Positions 31,389 to 32,000 of a DNA stretch of 32,000 nt are shown here, piece by piece. This stretch comes from Candidatus Methylomirabilis limnetica (GTDB lineage Bacteria > Methylomirabilota > Methylomirabilia > Methylomirabilales > Methylomirabilaceae). Every line of letters begins with the position of its first letter. Position 1 is the first letter of the stretch. Made by a program: the position numbers and the translations under genes. Where the stretch lies: the NCBI RefSeq assembly GCF_003044035.1, contig NZ_NVQC01000016.1, forward strand, positions 60,001-92,000. Reading direction: 5' to 3'. The notes beneath the pieces were generated by a model. It worked only from the letters and a program-made list of their open reading frames with translations, ran no database searches and was not told the DNA's origin.

Positions 31389-31922
31389 GTGATTAAGAGG
31401 ATGGGCGAGCGGATGCTCCGAGCCGCCAAGCTGGATGGAAGTCTCTATGATGAAATAAAGACTGATCGGCACGCCCCGCTACAGGCCGCGATGGTAGTGA
31501 TCCTATCATCCGCAGCCGCCGGGATCGGTGTGGGCGTTCATAGCGGGCTAGGCGGCTTCTTTTTTGTGACTATGCAGGCGATGGTGCAGTGGTATGCCTG
31601 GGCGTTCTTCACCTACCTGGTTGGCACGCGATTGCTCCAGGAGCCACAGACCAAAATGGACTGTGGTGCGATGATACGGATCATCAGTTTTGCCAGCGCT
31701 CCGGGAGTAGTGAGGCTGTTGGGCGGCATCCCTTACCTGGGCGGCTTCGTCTCTGGACTGGCATCGGTATGGATGCTGGGAGCCACGGTCATTGCGGTGA
31801 GAAAGACCCTCAACTACACGACAACTTCGAGGGCGGCGGGAGCGTGCGTGATTGGATGGGTCGCGCAGTACCTTTTTATGGGCATCTTAGAGAATCTGAG
31901 AGATTCGACTCCAGGGGCCTGA
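31389..31922 (+). CDS. Yip1-family (DUF1282-like) integral membrane protein
   Basis: N-terminal LRAAKLDGSLYDEIKTDRHAPLQAAMVVILSS followed by 4-5 TM segments. This is typical Yip1 domain architecture. The start could be ATG 31401. Confidence 0.65.
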   Translation: MIKRMGERMLRAAKLDGSLYDEIKTDRHAPLQAAMVVILSSAAAGIGVGVHSGLGGFFFVTMQAMVQWYAWAFFTYLVGTRLLQEPQTKMDCGAMIRIISFASAPGVVRLLGGIPYLGGFVSGLASVWMLGATVIAVRKTLNYTTTSRAAGACVIGWVAQYLFMGILENLRDSTPGA

Positions 31923-31949
31923 ACACACGCGATCAGCCTTCAACCGTAG

Positions 31950-31975
31950 GTCGGGTTAGCGCAGCGTAACCCGAC
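31950..31975. repeat. REP-like hairpin after the Yip1 gene (possible terminator)
   Basis: gtcgggtta/gcgcagcg/taacccgac, a 9-bp perfect stem 28 nt after the stop. Confidence 0.55.
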
Positions 31976-32000
31976 AACTCGGCCAGGGCGACGGTGGGTA

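Overview
GC-rich bacterial chromosomal window. The taxon cannot be proven from the sequence. The qNOR gene and the repeat flavour loosely suggest an NC10/Methylomirabilis- or Rokubacteria-like lineage (low confidence). Housekeeping backbone, + strand: Mo/W-type ABC transporter genes, DUF465-moaC, selA, then the conserved tmk-holB-ricT(PSP1)-metG-tatD block. Backbone, - strand: a glucose/oxidative pentose-phosphate operon, tal-pgi-gnd-zwf ... pgl-glk. After it come a quinol-type nitric oxide reductase (qNOR) and a Yip1-family membrane protein. Two accessory patches interrupt the backbone. Patch 12.3-14.3 kb holds a duplication of the tatD 3' end around a DUF433/DUF5615 toxin-antitoxin relic, a low-GC lipoprotein, an IS3 transposase fragment and MITEs. 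Patch 16.07-22.11 kb is a ~6 kb island splitting zwf from pgl. The island carries what looks like a decayed or trans-served diversity-generating retroelement (DGR). Its parts are a secreted FGE/C-type-lectin-fold protein with a VR-like C-terminus, followed by an Avd-like four-helix-bundle gene, with no TR or reverse transcriptase in the window. It also holds a second truncated Avd copy, a collagen-repeat secreted protein plus a truncated paralog, HigBA and HEPN/MNT toxin-antitoxin pairs, and an IntI-like integrase relic. A promoter/leader module is present three times, with a variable poly-G tract in the putative spacer. Two TIR+TSD miniature elements carry relics of four-helix-bundle genes. 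Small repeat elements are abundant across the window: heptanucleotide-array palindromes and GC-rich hairpins. Two of them sit in frame inside essential genes (holB, metG). No rRNA, tRNA or CRISPR array was found.
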